A stretch of DNA of 64,000 nt from Dicyema japonicum (GCA_011109175.1 RDEW01000008.1:629954-693953), one strand, 5' to 3'. Numbered from the stretch's first letter, positions 51,305 to 63,599 are shown. The notes: generated by a model not told the origin, from the sequence alone. Made by a program: numbers and translations.

Positions 51305-51993
51305 CTGCATCCAAGTCTCAGTTCACGCTATTTACTACGGACAGAAGATTTAAAGGTGGATTTGAGATATTCTTCGGAAACATTCCCATCCCTTATACAC
51401 GAATCCAGAAGATCCTTGGAGTAACTTTCGACTTTCCGATGACGTTTGCCAGTCACACGGAGGAGGCGTTAACCGAGGGTCTTCGAAAATAGAACGTCCT
51501 AAAAGCCATCGTAAAGAAGAGCCCCTTCCATCCTACTGCTTGTATCAGCAAAGTATATCTTCAAGTTATTACGCCGACGATTGAATATGCCTGTTCTGCC
51601 TGGAGATTCGCCATTCCATCTACGAGGGTGGAGCGTGTGAATTCTCTCAGACGGAAGATCATGAGGCACATACAATTAGACTCCACATCTGTCCCCAGTC
51701 TGCTTTCAGAGGAGGCGACGGTGAGAAATGGCCAGGGTTTCCTACGTTTTTGCAAGGAACTGGGAAACCCGTTCAAAAAAAGGTGGCCCATGCAGAGGAA
51801 TTTCGGTCGGTTATAAAAATTGCACGCCGATGGAATTCTTATGCAGAAGGAAAAGAAGGCGTTTCCGGAATGCGGTTGAGTCATCAGAAGACGAGACAAA
51901 GAAAGTTCGGATGTTGTTGGAGGCTGGGATCACCTAATTAGTTAGTTTTGACCTATCTTTCTTGGTGGTCTTGGAGTTAAATAAATAAATAAA
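51305..51993 (+). mobile_element. 5'-truncated LINE (LLEAGIT*)
   Basis: 11-bp TSD ATTCAATAAGT at 51294-51304 and 51994-52004. KILGVTFD, EYACSAW, (TAAA)n tail. Confidence 0.88.
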
Positions 51994-52390
51994 ATTCAAT
52001 AAGTTCCTCGTCGACATTATAATCTTCACAAAGAATGACGATTTCGTTCTCTCCGAGCACTTCTGTTTGAGTTATATGTTATTCATTAGCAAGTTCAGTT
52101 CCTTCGATACTCATTCATAACAAGATCTTGCATTATATCTTCATTAGCAAATTAATCAAGACATTTAATTGCCTCAGTCTTTTTAAAACAATTTTATGGT
52201 CTTCTTTTACTTCGTGTGTGATATCATAATGATGGATTTCCGTAAATTCACAAAAAATTCTTTTTCAAATCAAGCGTATATAATACAAATAGTAAAACCA
52301 ATGAAAATCAATTGTAATTAATTAACACAAGCTGAATTCTTCTCCTTTTTGGGCATTGGCCCTTTGTATCACCCTCACTGTTCCCCTCGT

Positions 52391-52712
52391 ATAATAATAA
52401 TAGCCTTTTCACGAGAGCCATAATATTTATAGCTCCGCATAGGCAGGACACACACTTTATTTAAGTAAAGAACGGTTAATTTTAACTAATCGTAGAACCA
52501 AGGGATGATCTTCACTTTTCTTTTTCTTCTTGTGTGTGAATCCTTTCTAGACAATCCAGTTCTGCAGTGAGTATCCACTGATGACGGCGTCACTTGTCAA
52601 ACCCTTTAGGCATCGTAGATGCGTGGAACCTTCCACCAGACGAACAGCAGCGAGAATCGAACCCGTAACCTAAGTCACTTTAGCCCGACACCTAACCACT
52701 ATGCCACCCGGC
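52391..52712 (-). mobile_element. tRNA-derived SINE, copy 3
   Basis: Full-length homology to copy 2. Confidence 0.9.
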
Positions 52713-52779
52713 TACCACTTGTGAAAGCAAATCACTAGACAGGACAGCTGTTTCTCTTGGATCCTCTTCGACGTCACTT

Positions 52780-53150
52780 CCGAGTTAAGAGCCTCTTGAG
52801 ATAAGATGATTAGTAACTCTTGTAACATCATCATCATAGTTATTAACTTTCAGCCCATGTCTATGCTCGATTATCATGCTCTCTAAGGTTTTTTTAATCG
52901 TCATTGATTGGATGTACGCCCTTGTAGAGACAACCAAGTTGACTTGTAGAACTTTGTTACTACTCCATCCCATGTTAAAACAATCGGAATTATTGTCACA
53001 TTGGCCTTGTGAATTTGTGCTGGTTCTTTGTCAGAAAGTCGTATTTGTGGAGTTTTTATCCCCCGAGGGATTCTCGAATTTCCTTTTCGCAGAGTTGACA
53101 ACCATTGAGATTAAGCCTTTTTCTATAATAATGCTTAAAGTTCTATATTT
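52780..53150 (-). mobile_element. R4/Dong-like RLE C-terminal fragment
   Basis: HKANVTIIPIVLTWDGVVTKFYK, RAYIQSMTIKKTLESM. Confidence 0.7.
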
Positions 53151-53439
53151 TTGAAAGTGTAGAAATTCCCAAATAAAGGATCATTTTTATTTCACAGATC
53201 TGAATAATTCTCTGAGAGTCATATTTGATGTATTTTTATTTCACAAATATTACTTTTTTCTAACAATTTGATAGATTTTAAATTTAAATGTAAATTCATC
53301 TGAATGCCATAAAAACAAAATAAATTAATCCGAAATTTTTAATAAATGTCTTTCGGATTGCGGATTATGAAGTTTCGGTTTATTGAAGCTTGTTTGTAAG
53401 GAAACTGTAAAAAGGCGACGGAATTCTTGTTAATCAAGT

Positions 53440-53990
53440 ACCGATGCGGATATCAGATCAACTGTTTTTGCATATACCCTCTCTTTTCAGGAAAAGTGCA
53501 GGCCGATCTCCCAAACACATAGCCTTGAACCAAGTCGTTAGGCGAGCTTTGGACGGACCCAAAAACCCTCCATGCTCGAACCAGTCTGTCTTTGCAGGCG
53601 TGACGGGAAACGACCAGATAGGATGACCACCTTCAATTTTGAAGCCGGGAAACCTCTTGTCTGTGACGTTACCTTCACCGACATGTTTGCTCCTTACAAC
53701 CTACTTCAGAGTGACTCTGGAGCCTGTTCTACCGCTGAGAAGGCAGAGAGGTTGAAACAGGTAAAGTACGCGATTCTACATAATTTTTGTTTGTTCCACT
53801 CGCCGTTGAAACGTCTGATTTTCTTTCGCCAGCGACGCTGGAATTCTTGAGTTGTCTAGGGAATCGGATTTCTACACGATCAGGAGATTCCAGTGAACGC
53901 TGCTGGTTATTTACGCTAATCTCGCTCGTCATCCTGAGAGGAAATAGCCACAGAGCCAGGGCGACTTCTATATTACCGTTTTCTAATATT
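53440..53990 (+). mobile_element. CRE-like 3' end
   Basis: EPVCLCRRDGKRPDRMT, PLAVETS, WLFTLISLVILRGN. Confidence 0.85.
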
Positions 53991-55214
53991 TTCTGTACTA
54001 CATTGTTCATAATTATTCAAACTGATTGAATATTGGAAAATATTAACAACAAATCTTAGAAAGTTATAAGAATCTACTGTTGACATTCCGTCTCTTAAGT
54101 TCTTTAATCAAATATTAAAACGGAATGTTTACGACTACAACCAAATTTAGCAATAATTGTTAGATAAGTTAATAGTCTTTTGAAATTATGAGATAAGTAT
54201 GTGATAAGTTTTGAGAATAATAAAAATATAAAACACAAGACCTATATGGTTTTTGATTACAAGCTATGTTGTTAAGAAGCAATGGTGCATTATGTTAAAC
54301 TGAAGAAGGTTAGTAGTGAAAAGGTCATTAACAACTTTTCAAAGGAATGGTTGAAGAAATTTTTTTACAAGGAAATATAGATATTTTTGGAGGACACCAA
54401 AAGAATGGCTACATTAAGGTTGGATGAGGCAATTATAATATAAAAGGAATAAAATTTTGTCACTAAATAGGAATGATCGTGGATTTTTTCCATAGCAAAG
54501 GTGAAAATTGAGTGTGTGATGAGATTACTTAAAAAACTAAATTGATGATGGACTTTGTGGGCCTCTTGAGATTTATCAAGAAATGTAATTGGGAAAACTC
54601 ATTACTTATAATGTAAATATGAAAATCTTATCTATTTACGTAATTAATTAAAAGTAGTTTAATTCGTAAAGCTTATTGTGCGTCACTAATAATTAGATTT
54701 AATGAAAGATTAATAAAAATACGAGTAAACTCATGAAGGAACCAAAAATTTAATTTTGGAAGTGAAACTATGCTACCTTCCAGGAGATTATCTTCTCTTC
54801 CTTCATCTATGAGGGAAGGCTTTTGACCGAAGGATAAATCATATCAATTTTGAGTAAACAAAGAGATCGGTTTTTAAATTTTCTTTTCAAGTAAGTGAAT
54901 CTTAGCGATGAAAAAATGTGGCCAAACTCTTAAAAAGAAAGTGGGGGAACAGATAATGAAGCAGGGTTTTCATCGTAATTTTAATGACGGAGGTATAGTC
55001 GGATTTGGGAAAGATACTGAAAACTAAATTTCATAAATACCTATAACTTATCTTTCCTTGCTAACAATTACGCTAAATAACGAAAAACCCTAAATGCTTC
55101 ATTTTATAAATGCGAATGAACTTTGATGTTTTGTAAAGCATACCAATTGTCTTATGATAATTAATAAAATATTAAAAGGTTTTCTTATTAACATTTCATT
55201 AAAATTAATAAAAT

Positions 55215-55499
55215 TTATCCTAGTCTCAAATTATAAAAGTAATCATAAGGATCATAGCCCTCCCAAATTGTCCGTTTGTTAACCACAGCACCAATATTTT
55301 GTCTGCAATAATCGAATAAATTAATAAATTGTTCGAATTTATCGCTAAAATGTTCGTTTTTTATATTCTGTAGTGCAAATGTGATGCAGTCATCTTGTTT
55401 AGTTTTGTAATTTATTAGTGAACAGAATTTAATAACTGATAATATTCCTAACAAATTAATATTAAAAATACCAAATACAGTAATCATTGACGCCATCAT
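55215..55499 (-). CDS. Possible first exon of a secreted hypothetical protein
   Basis: 94-aa ATG ORF with a hydrophobic N-terminus, ending near a GT donor. No family recognised. Confidence 0.25.
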   Translation of the reverse strand: MMASMITVFGIFNINLLGILSVIKFCSLINYKTKQDDCITFALQNIKNEHFSDKFEQFINLFDYCRQNIGAVVNKRTIWEGYDPYDYFYNLRLG

Positions 55500-55585
55500 T
55501 ATTGTAGTACTTTTATATAAGTCGCATTACTTTTAATAAGCTCAATTGACGGATAATGCTACTTTGAATATTATATTACTCACAA

Positions 55586-56460
55586 CTAGGACGATTTTTT
55601 GACTCTATAATTCCGAAATTTTGACCTTTTTGACTTTATTGACAAAATTCAAAATTTTGACCTTTTTGACTATGAAAAAATAATCTAGAAAAATTTTTTT
55701 TAAATATGAAAAAAAAACTAATCAAAAACTTAATTAAAATATAGAATAATTAAATACGTTTTACGTTTTCAGGTTAAAAATTTCACTTTTTAGATAATAA
55801 TTTTAAAATAATGAAAATCTTTTCTGAATAGATATAAGGATTTTTTCAAATAGTCGTATATGCATGGAGAAATATGTTGTTTTTCCATTTTTAATAGAAA
55901 AAACGTATTAACAGAAAATCTAGATTTCAGATACTTCTTAATTCTGCTTAAATCGTTACTGATATACAATTTTTGAATATTCTAGCTGCGTCTTCTACGG
56001 TGAAGTATGCTTTTCCTGTCATCTTTCAAGAAAATTCCCTTTCTGACCAGAATTATTTTTGGTAGATTTTCAATAAAATTTTCTGTTTTTTTATGGAAAA
56101 ATTTATTTGTGTATTCACACATATTTATATCGATTTCGTAGATCAAACCAATTATTTCCGCCAAAACTCAAAATAGCTTCCAAGTTACTTTTGGCATAAA
56201 TTTTCTACACTTTTGCATCGAAGGAAGTAAAACGATATCCAATACCCTTAGTTTTGTAAACTTTACTGTTCAACTTGTGCAAGGAAAATCATATTCGAGT
56301 AAGCATTAGAGTCGGTAGGTGGAATGAGAAAATCAGATATTTTTACAGTAGCACAATAGTAATAAAAATGATAGACCTGTTAGGTTAAAATATTTATTAG
56401 ACGAAAGATTCAACTAAAAGCTTTTGTTAGAAAATTCGTGAGTTAATAGAAAATTCACTA
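55586..56460 (-). mobile_element. hAT (CGGBP1-like transposase), copy A, degenerate
   Basis: Terminus CTAGGACGATTTT with TTTTGAC subterminal repeats. Homologous to 59340-60196. Confidence 0.7.
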
Positions 56461-57229
56461 GGATATTTTCTAATAACAGTCTTTTCAGTGACCTTCCTGA
56501 TTTCAATTCGGCATAGCAGCTGATAAACACGTTATTATTTTATTCAAAAACTTGTAAACCCACTTTATTTAACCAACAATAAAAAGTTAATATTTAAAAA
56601 AGTTAACTGATGCTTCAGTTCAAGAATAATCTCAAAAGGCAGTCGGCTTTATGTATAGGAGGTTGGGAATTCTGCGAGTAATTAAAACAAGGAAATGGCA
56701 TTTGGATACAATCACGGGATTTCTTATTTCTAATTATGGAATTGCTCGCAAAAGGAACATGGATATTGAGTTCATCAAGGCCACCCAGATGCGATATTTG
56801 CTATAAAATTATTATAAAAGATTACATTCAATGCTCTCCAGATTCATGGAGGAACCCAATGTTATCAAAAGGACCCAAGAAGTGAAGCAATATAGTGTTT
56901 TTTCAAGACAGGAATTTGTTTTTTTTTCTACGTCGAGGGAATTATGTAACCACTGCAAAAAGAACAAAATACCACCTGGCTACTTAATATGGTAGAATGT
57001 TAAACAATGATTATAAAGGCGATTTTTGTCAATAAAGTCTAAAAAATTAGTAATGTCAAAAAAGGCCAAAATTTAATTTTTTTAGCTCAATAAAGTCAAA
57101 ATTTTTGTTGATTTTTGATTTTTTTAATTTTTGGAGTTTTTAGATAAAATACTATCGTGGGATAAATTATCATCATTCACTGTGATCAAGAATGACATTG
57201 AAAAGATTATATCTGTTGTTAGAAAATAT

Positions 57230-59195
57230 CCTTATGAATTTTTCTACCCTTGGTCGTCAAATTTCACATTTGTGAAACGTTCAATGGTGGTCCGGAAGAG
57301 GGAATCGATAGCATCGAGCTGTTGCATTTTCAAGTAGCAGGGTGCCCCCGAAGGACGTAGTTCAGTTTCTGTGCTGATAAGGCGTTTCTCAGGAAGAATA
57401 AAGAGGTATGTGCGTTCAGCATCTCCAGACGTCTGAATGTTGTTTTTAGTTGATGTTCTTTTGTTCTTAGAATGTTATTGATTCCAGTAAAGGGTATCAA
57501 GTATTTCCAGTTGTTCTGATTTGGTTTCTGTGGCTTTCGGAATGATCTCTCTGAACATACCAAGGATTAGATCCTATTCAGGCTGCGGAAATCCAAAATT
57601 AGTAACTTCACACTTATTGGTGTTTAGAGTTAGGCATAGGGATTCCAATTGTACTATTCAGACTTTTCAAACAATCTAGTACATCCTTCGGATGGGCCGC
57701 CCATGGTACCATACTCTCATAAGAGTGGAACAATATCCTATGATGAACAAGGCAGGCCCCAGTGGGTCTCCTTGTTGACTCCAGAAGACGATGGAATGTA
57801 ATATTGGCCGAGTACCAGACTGGATGGTTTTCCCGTACGAGCTATGAATATAGCTGTACCCTGATGGGTAGTATGTGAAGCAATCTCCAGAATTGTATTA
57901 CGTCGTATCGAATTAAAGGCATTTTTAATGTCAATTTTGACGATTACGTGAGGAATGTTTCACGTTCCTTTTCGTGTTAATGTTCGGACAGCATAAACTG
58001 CCCGCTTCACAACCCCCAGGGTGTACCGACCCCTATTTGGGTGGTTGTAGCTGTGAAAACAGCGTAGGCAGGATTGCTCTGCATACAAGCTTTGAGGCCA
58101 ACCGACGGAAAGACCAGGCCGACTGCAATAGGGGGCGTATTCCACCTCCCTTCTTGTCGAATGCGATTAACTATGCGGAGAACATTACGTGTCGAATTGT
58201 TTTTGGTAGTGTCCCTGATAGCATCCTGTTCATTAGTTTGGTAATGGTCAACACGAGCGGACCCAGAGTTGCCCATGTTATGAGCAATGAGATCTTGAGG
58301 TGACCCGGACGGAGCCCATCTAGTCCTCCACTACTACTCGGGACGAAAGAGAGAATTCCATCTTCTACATCCTCTTCAGAGACAAGTGAGGGTAATTGTC
58401 CTGGGCAAAGGGGAACTCGGTGGTCGATGAGAGACTTGGTGTCGCTCAACAAGTGATGCGTAGGACTGTTCAGACGGCTCAATTATACATTGTTGATCTG
58501 CAAGGATCTTCACCGCAGCACGGATACCACCTCGAAAGTTTTCGACGGATCGCACTTCTTAATCTCTGAGTGTCCAAGATAGTCGATGTTGGCTTCTCAT
58601 GGTTTTGAAATTTGTAGGTGAGCTTTTCTGAGTCTGCCAATAGGTTCCTTGAGAAGAGTGTGTGGACATTCTCCTTTACTAATGACGTAAGTGATTTCTC
58701 TTCTTTCCCCTCCTATGGGGTATGCATAGTGTGAATGGAGCGAAGAAAAATAATCGTACCCAATCATCAGAGTTATTCGATGAAACTGCCCTTTCAATAC
58801 ACTCACATAGGCAGTCCGCGACAGATATACGGGCAGCTTTGGGGATCCTAATCAGGAGTCTTCGTGTGTGTGTCAGGTTTGAGATCAATTCAAGTATTTC
58901 CTGATGGTCTAGTGGAACATGTTCAGAAAGGTAGCGTAGGGAAGAGTTTGTCGTATTATCTGGTAGGAGACAAGACCGACAGTGCCAATCGGAAATGGCA
59001 ACTAGGGCTCTTTTAGTCATTCCGGCACAGTACATGTGGAAGCCAAACGAACAGGCTGTGCAATGGATCATCCGCTTTCTTTTGTTCATTATGTTGCACT
59101 TTGTGCAGATCTCATCTTTTTTGCAGTTTTCTGCATGTTCTTTTCTGATTTTCCTTTATTTTTCTCTTCTTTTCTCTTAGCAACACAACGACAAC
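57230..59195 (-). mobile_element. CRE-like retrotransposon, 5' two-thirds, with an N-terminal PHD-like finger
   Basis: CTACSFGFHMYC..WHCRSC, RIPKAAR, SSSGGLDGLRP, QQGDPLGPALF. RT frames are broken. Confidence 0.85.
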
Positions 59196-59199
59196 CGAC

Positions 59200-60196
59200 A
59201 GACAAAACGTGTTAATGCAGCAATTTGGTTAAAATTAGTATATTTTGTGAAATATTTGTAACTGCAAAAAAGCAATTTTTTATTGAATCGCATAGATCGA
59301 TTATTATTATAGATCGGCTAAGAAACATGTAAAATTAGCAGGTTTATTATTTTTATTACCTTTTTACAGGTATACTATAAAACCCATTGATTTTCTCGTC
59401 CCATCTGCCGACACGTGGGTCGATAAAGTCACTAATGCTTTTGTCGAATCCGATATCCCCTTGCATAAATTGAACAGTAAAAGCTTACGAAACTTGTTTG
59501 AGAGTATTGAACATCATCTTTTTTCTACCTACGATTGCCGAAAAAGTGTAGAAAATTTATGCCAGGAGCAGCTTGACAGAATTATGCTATTTTTGAGGTT
59601 TTATTTGCATCTATACCTGAAAAAAATTTGTTTTGATTGACGTAACTGATGTCCGGGGACAGAAATATGTCAATACACTTATTGGTAGAATTTCTGATCC
59701 CAACAAAATATTTTTAATATCTTGTCGCCCATTGTCTTCTGCGCCTAATTCTTCGATTATTTGTTAGATAATTGACAATGTTCTAGGGATTTTTGATAGA
59801 TCGCGAAGACGTGTTGAACACATTCAGAAATTGCATTTCGGGGACGATTTATGTGGAATCGGGAAGTGCTGGAATCAAGATTATTTGTCAATCAAGTATA
59901 TTCTATCACAAAAGTGGAAAAACAACATATTTCTCCATTTGTATACAACTGTCTGAAAAAGTGTCCTTCCACATCATGATTTGTTGAGAGAAGTTTTTCT
60001 TTATTGGAAAAATTAATATCTAAAGACCAAAATTTTAAACCCGAAAATGTTTTGAATTGCATTATTCTGTATTTCAATCAAAATTTTGATTAGTTTTTTT
60101 GTAGATAAATTTATCATAAAGTCAAAAAAGGTCAAAATTTTGAATTTTTAAAGTCAATTTTTGGGTCAAAATTTCCGAAAATAAAAATCGCCCTAG
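59200..60196 (+). mobile_element. hAT (CGGBP1-like transposase), copy B, internally deleted
   Basis: NAFVESDIPLHKL, LID.TD..G, then a jump to CPSTS.FVERSFSLLEKLISKDQNFKPEN. Right end ...AAAATCGCCCTAG. Confidence 0.78.
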
Positions 60197-60549
60197 TGAT
60201 TACGTCTGAAGGACGCAACGAATTTGTAAAATGCTTAAATCTCCATCTATGCAGAGTATGTGGAATCAAAAAGGCTAGAAAGTTAAGGGAGCAGCCATTA
60301 ACCACACAACTGACCACAGACCACATTAATTATAATTTACCAGGACTTAATTTTTAGTGTACGGGACACTTCCTTAATTCATAAATATATAAAACTATAG
60401 AATCCGCAGAATGTCTGTCCATTATCCACGGATATTAAAAGAAGGTGGTTGAAAAACAACATAGACAAATAATGGTTAGCAACATAAAATTATATAAGTA
60501 ATTCAATAATTATTAATATTTAAATTATAATTTAATATTTATATTTCAC

Positions 60550-61867
60550 ATGGGGGCTAGGAGAGTAGTCGTACTGGAATGGGATCTATTAATTGTTTGG
60601 GGGGTAATGTTGAGTCGAGTTGGAATAAACTCATTACTGGAAAGTCAGGAATTTCTGAATTGAATTCACCAGGAATATTTGTGGTATAATATATAGAGTT
60701 TGCCAAAATACCTGCGAAAATAGCCGGACTTGTGAAATTGGGGGAGAATGAGGGATATATTGATCCCTCAAAGACTGATCATGTCGGTGTTATCAGGAAT
60801 ATGTCCAAGTCTACTCTGTTTGGATTACGATCTATTTTTGAGGCAATTAAGGATGCAAACTGGAATCCATCAACGGATGAAGAACAGAGTTATACGGGTT
60901 TATTATTTTATTATAGTTTGGTGTTTGTTTCGGATCTTCGTTTAGTTGTACGGAAACTATAAGGTTGGCGGTTGAGGCATATAAAAATAAAGGATTTGTC
61001 TCTGTGTCCCCATATTTTATACCAAAAACTATTATTAATATATTGGCTGGTCATGCCAGTATTAGGAATAAACTAAAAGGTCCAAACATTGCCTGTTCGT
61101 CTGCATTTGCCACCGGGGGACATTCTCTTGGTACTGGATTCCGTTATGTCAAACATGGAATGGCCAAAGTTATCGTAGCTGGTTCTGCTGAGGCACCTGT
61201 TATTCCTTGGATGTTGGCTGGATTCTGTAAAATAAAGTCACTTTGTGTTGAGCAAGATATTGACCCAACTGAATGTTCTCGACCCTTTGACAAATTTAGG
61301 AAAGGATTTGTTATGTCTGAAGGAGCAGCTTGTCTTGTCCTGGAGGAACTTGACCATGCCTTGCGTAGAAATGCTAACATTTATGCTGAAATTCTTGGGT
61401 TTGGTACTTCTAGTGACTCATTCTCCCTTACAGCACCTTGTTTGGACGGAAATGGGGCTGTGAGATCTATGACGAGTGCTTTAAGGGAGGCTAATGTTGA
61501 CCCTTCTTGTGTTGGATATGTCAATGCACATGCTACAAGCACTCAATTGGGCGACCGTGCTGAGAATAAAGCGATTGGACAAGTCTTTTCCCCAAAGATG
61601 ACGAAGGTCAGTTCAATAAAGGGATCACTTGGTCATTCTTTGGGTGCTTCTGGTAGTATTGAGTCATTGATGACTTGTTTGGCTTGTCAGAAAGGGGTCA
61701 TTCCACCAACACTCAATTTGGGCAAGACTGAAGATGGTTTTGATTTTGATTACGTACCGCATGAATCACAAATTTGGTCAACTAGTGATCGCAGAATTGC
61801 TGTCAAGAATTCATTTGGTTTTGGTGGGACAAATGTTTCCCTCTGTATTTCCAATTATCTACCATAA
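60550..61867 (+). CDS. OXSM: Mitochondrial 3-oxoacyl-ACP synthase (KAS II-like); the catalytic Cys position reads Phe
   Basis: RRVVVTGMG (needs one extra base), VSPYFIPK, LKGPN, PFDKFRKGFVMSEGA, YVNAHATST, SIKGSLGHSLGA, KNSFGFGGTN. Confidence 0.92.
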
Positions 61868-62329
61868 AGTTAACATTTGATTTTACTTGTATGGTTTATA
61901 TTATTGTTTACCATAAGAATTACTATTATGCTCTTAATTCTGTGAATTTTTTTACTTTTTTTAAGAAGAGTAAATTGGAGTAGTCAAAAATTTGGTGGTT
62001 AGGATGAGTTATTCAATATGGTCAGCCAATTGTAGGATCCCTATTTTATTAATTTTAATTATGCCATAATAAAAGTCTGAGTTGTTGTGAAAACTATTAT
62101 TCACGACGATTTATTCTAGAAAGCAAAAATGTTTTTGAGATGCATAAATGTCCATCTATTAATTGGAATGTAATTAATTTTCATATTATGACATTTGAAA
62201 GTCTATGCGAACAATTCCGTTCAAAGACCCCTTGAAAATGTGTCTGAGTCCTCTATCCAATTGTAATAGTGAAAATGTATTGTGAGCACAAATCAACTAT
62301 ATTTAATAAGTTATTAACACCAATGTTAA

Positions 62330-62921
62330 TTATTGTAAGTGTCTGTCAAAGTAAGTGACATCCATTGGACTTGAAATCCTCCAAGACTCAACAACTAATC
62401 TACTCAACTTTTCGATCTCTTTGTATTGCTCCTCAATCATTCCATCAATAAACAACGTCATCTATGATTCAATTAATTTATACATGAAAATCGTCATGTG
62501 TGGATGCAAGGTGGTGGAGTTTTTTAATTTTAATAGTGAAATCCTTCTCCATTTCTAAGGAAACTTTAAGGGCGTCTTGAATAGTCTCAATGTTTATGGG
62601 ATGACTCTAATGTCAATTACTATAATATACCTTTATATCCCTCAATTCTACCTTTCCTCCTCTGCTTAATACGTAATTCGTGAAAAGTCTTGCATGTGAA
62701 ATTTCTTCATCAGACATTTCTTTAAAAAACTTTGCAGCTCCTGGCAATGTGACTGCGAGAGTTCCAAAATGATTTGACTTGACTGAGGCTACTATAGTTA
62801 CCATTTGCTGATATTTATAAAATGCAGAATATTCTTCATTAATTTGGATATTTAGAGCTTTCTCCAGTTCAATATTAAAATCATTCCTTAAATTATGAGT
62901 ACTCATTGCACAGTCATACAA
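62330..62921 (-). CDS. Ferritin, H-type with ferroxidase residues
   Basis: QINEEYSAFYKY, FFKEMSDEEISHA, RGGKV, LEMEK, EEQYKEI. Three 22-24 nt introns. Confidence 0.9.
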
Positions 62922-63049
62922 ATTAGAATATTTATATATTAGTCCAATCTGTCAATTTATGACGATATTTAGACAATTACAGTAATTATTGCAAGATTTT
63001 TATTAATTGGGATATTATTCACCTCTATCAGTAATAGCAATGTCCACAG

Positions 63050-63570
63050 AGTCAGATAAGTTAATTTGAGATTCCACCTATGGGCACTGTAAGTCGTTTC
63101 CATCCTCCCCTATTTCTCGCAACCGCCCTCAGATCAACCAGATCCTCTCCTGTTTTCAGCTTTCTTCCTATGCAAATGAGTTCTTTGTCGAGCGTCGAGA
63201 AACAATTCTTTTTTCCGGAAAGGTCTTAGAGCTACCTTCAGGTATATTATGAATCCCTCGAGCGTGGCTGCCCAAGCAATTTGATTCGTCCCGCTTTTTC
63301 CCCACTTTTGAATTCCAATCTCCCGCTATAAAGAGCATGTAGGAGCTTGACAAGGAGGAGTAATCCGATGATAAGGACGAGTAGAAATTTTCAAGTTCCT
63401 CAGCGTCGGCGGATACCCTAACTGTGGTGGGTGCATATACATTGATAATCGATAGAGTAGTATTACCGTTGTTTCCGAGGCGTAGTTGGAAAATGGCAAT
63501 CCTGTTGTTGATACTCTATGCTCTATGAGCCATCACAGCTGCGTCCACGAGTATAGCGAACCCCAACTCA
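63050..63570 (-). mobile_element. RTE-type endonuclease fragment
   Basis: IINVYAPT, IAGDWNSKVG. Confidence 0.75.
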
Positions 63571-63599
63571 TTTCTAACGAACATTTATATAAGTCATTA

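Noticed and set aside
56833-56853. Acyl-CoA dehydrogenase-like ALQIHGG
   Set aside because: Isolated 7-mer with a stop shortly after. The context looks more like a decayed integrase.
60671-60920. General non-canonical (GA-AG, GT-TG) splicing system
   Set aside because: Seen only in OXSM. The introns I could resolve in IFT172, PRCP, PPIL3, MDH2 and ferritin are GT-AG, so error or local decay is more likely.
60965-60967. ORF-track start of OXSM
   Set aside because: It is an internal TTG. The homologous N-terminus begins at ATG 60550.
62921-63010. Iron-responsive element upstream of ferritin
   Set aside because: No CAGUGN loop hairpin in the 5' region.
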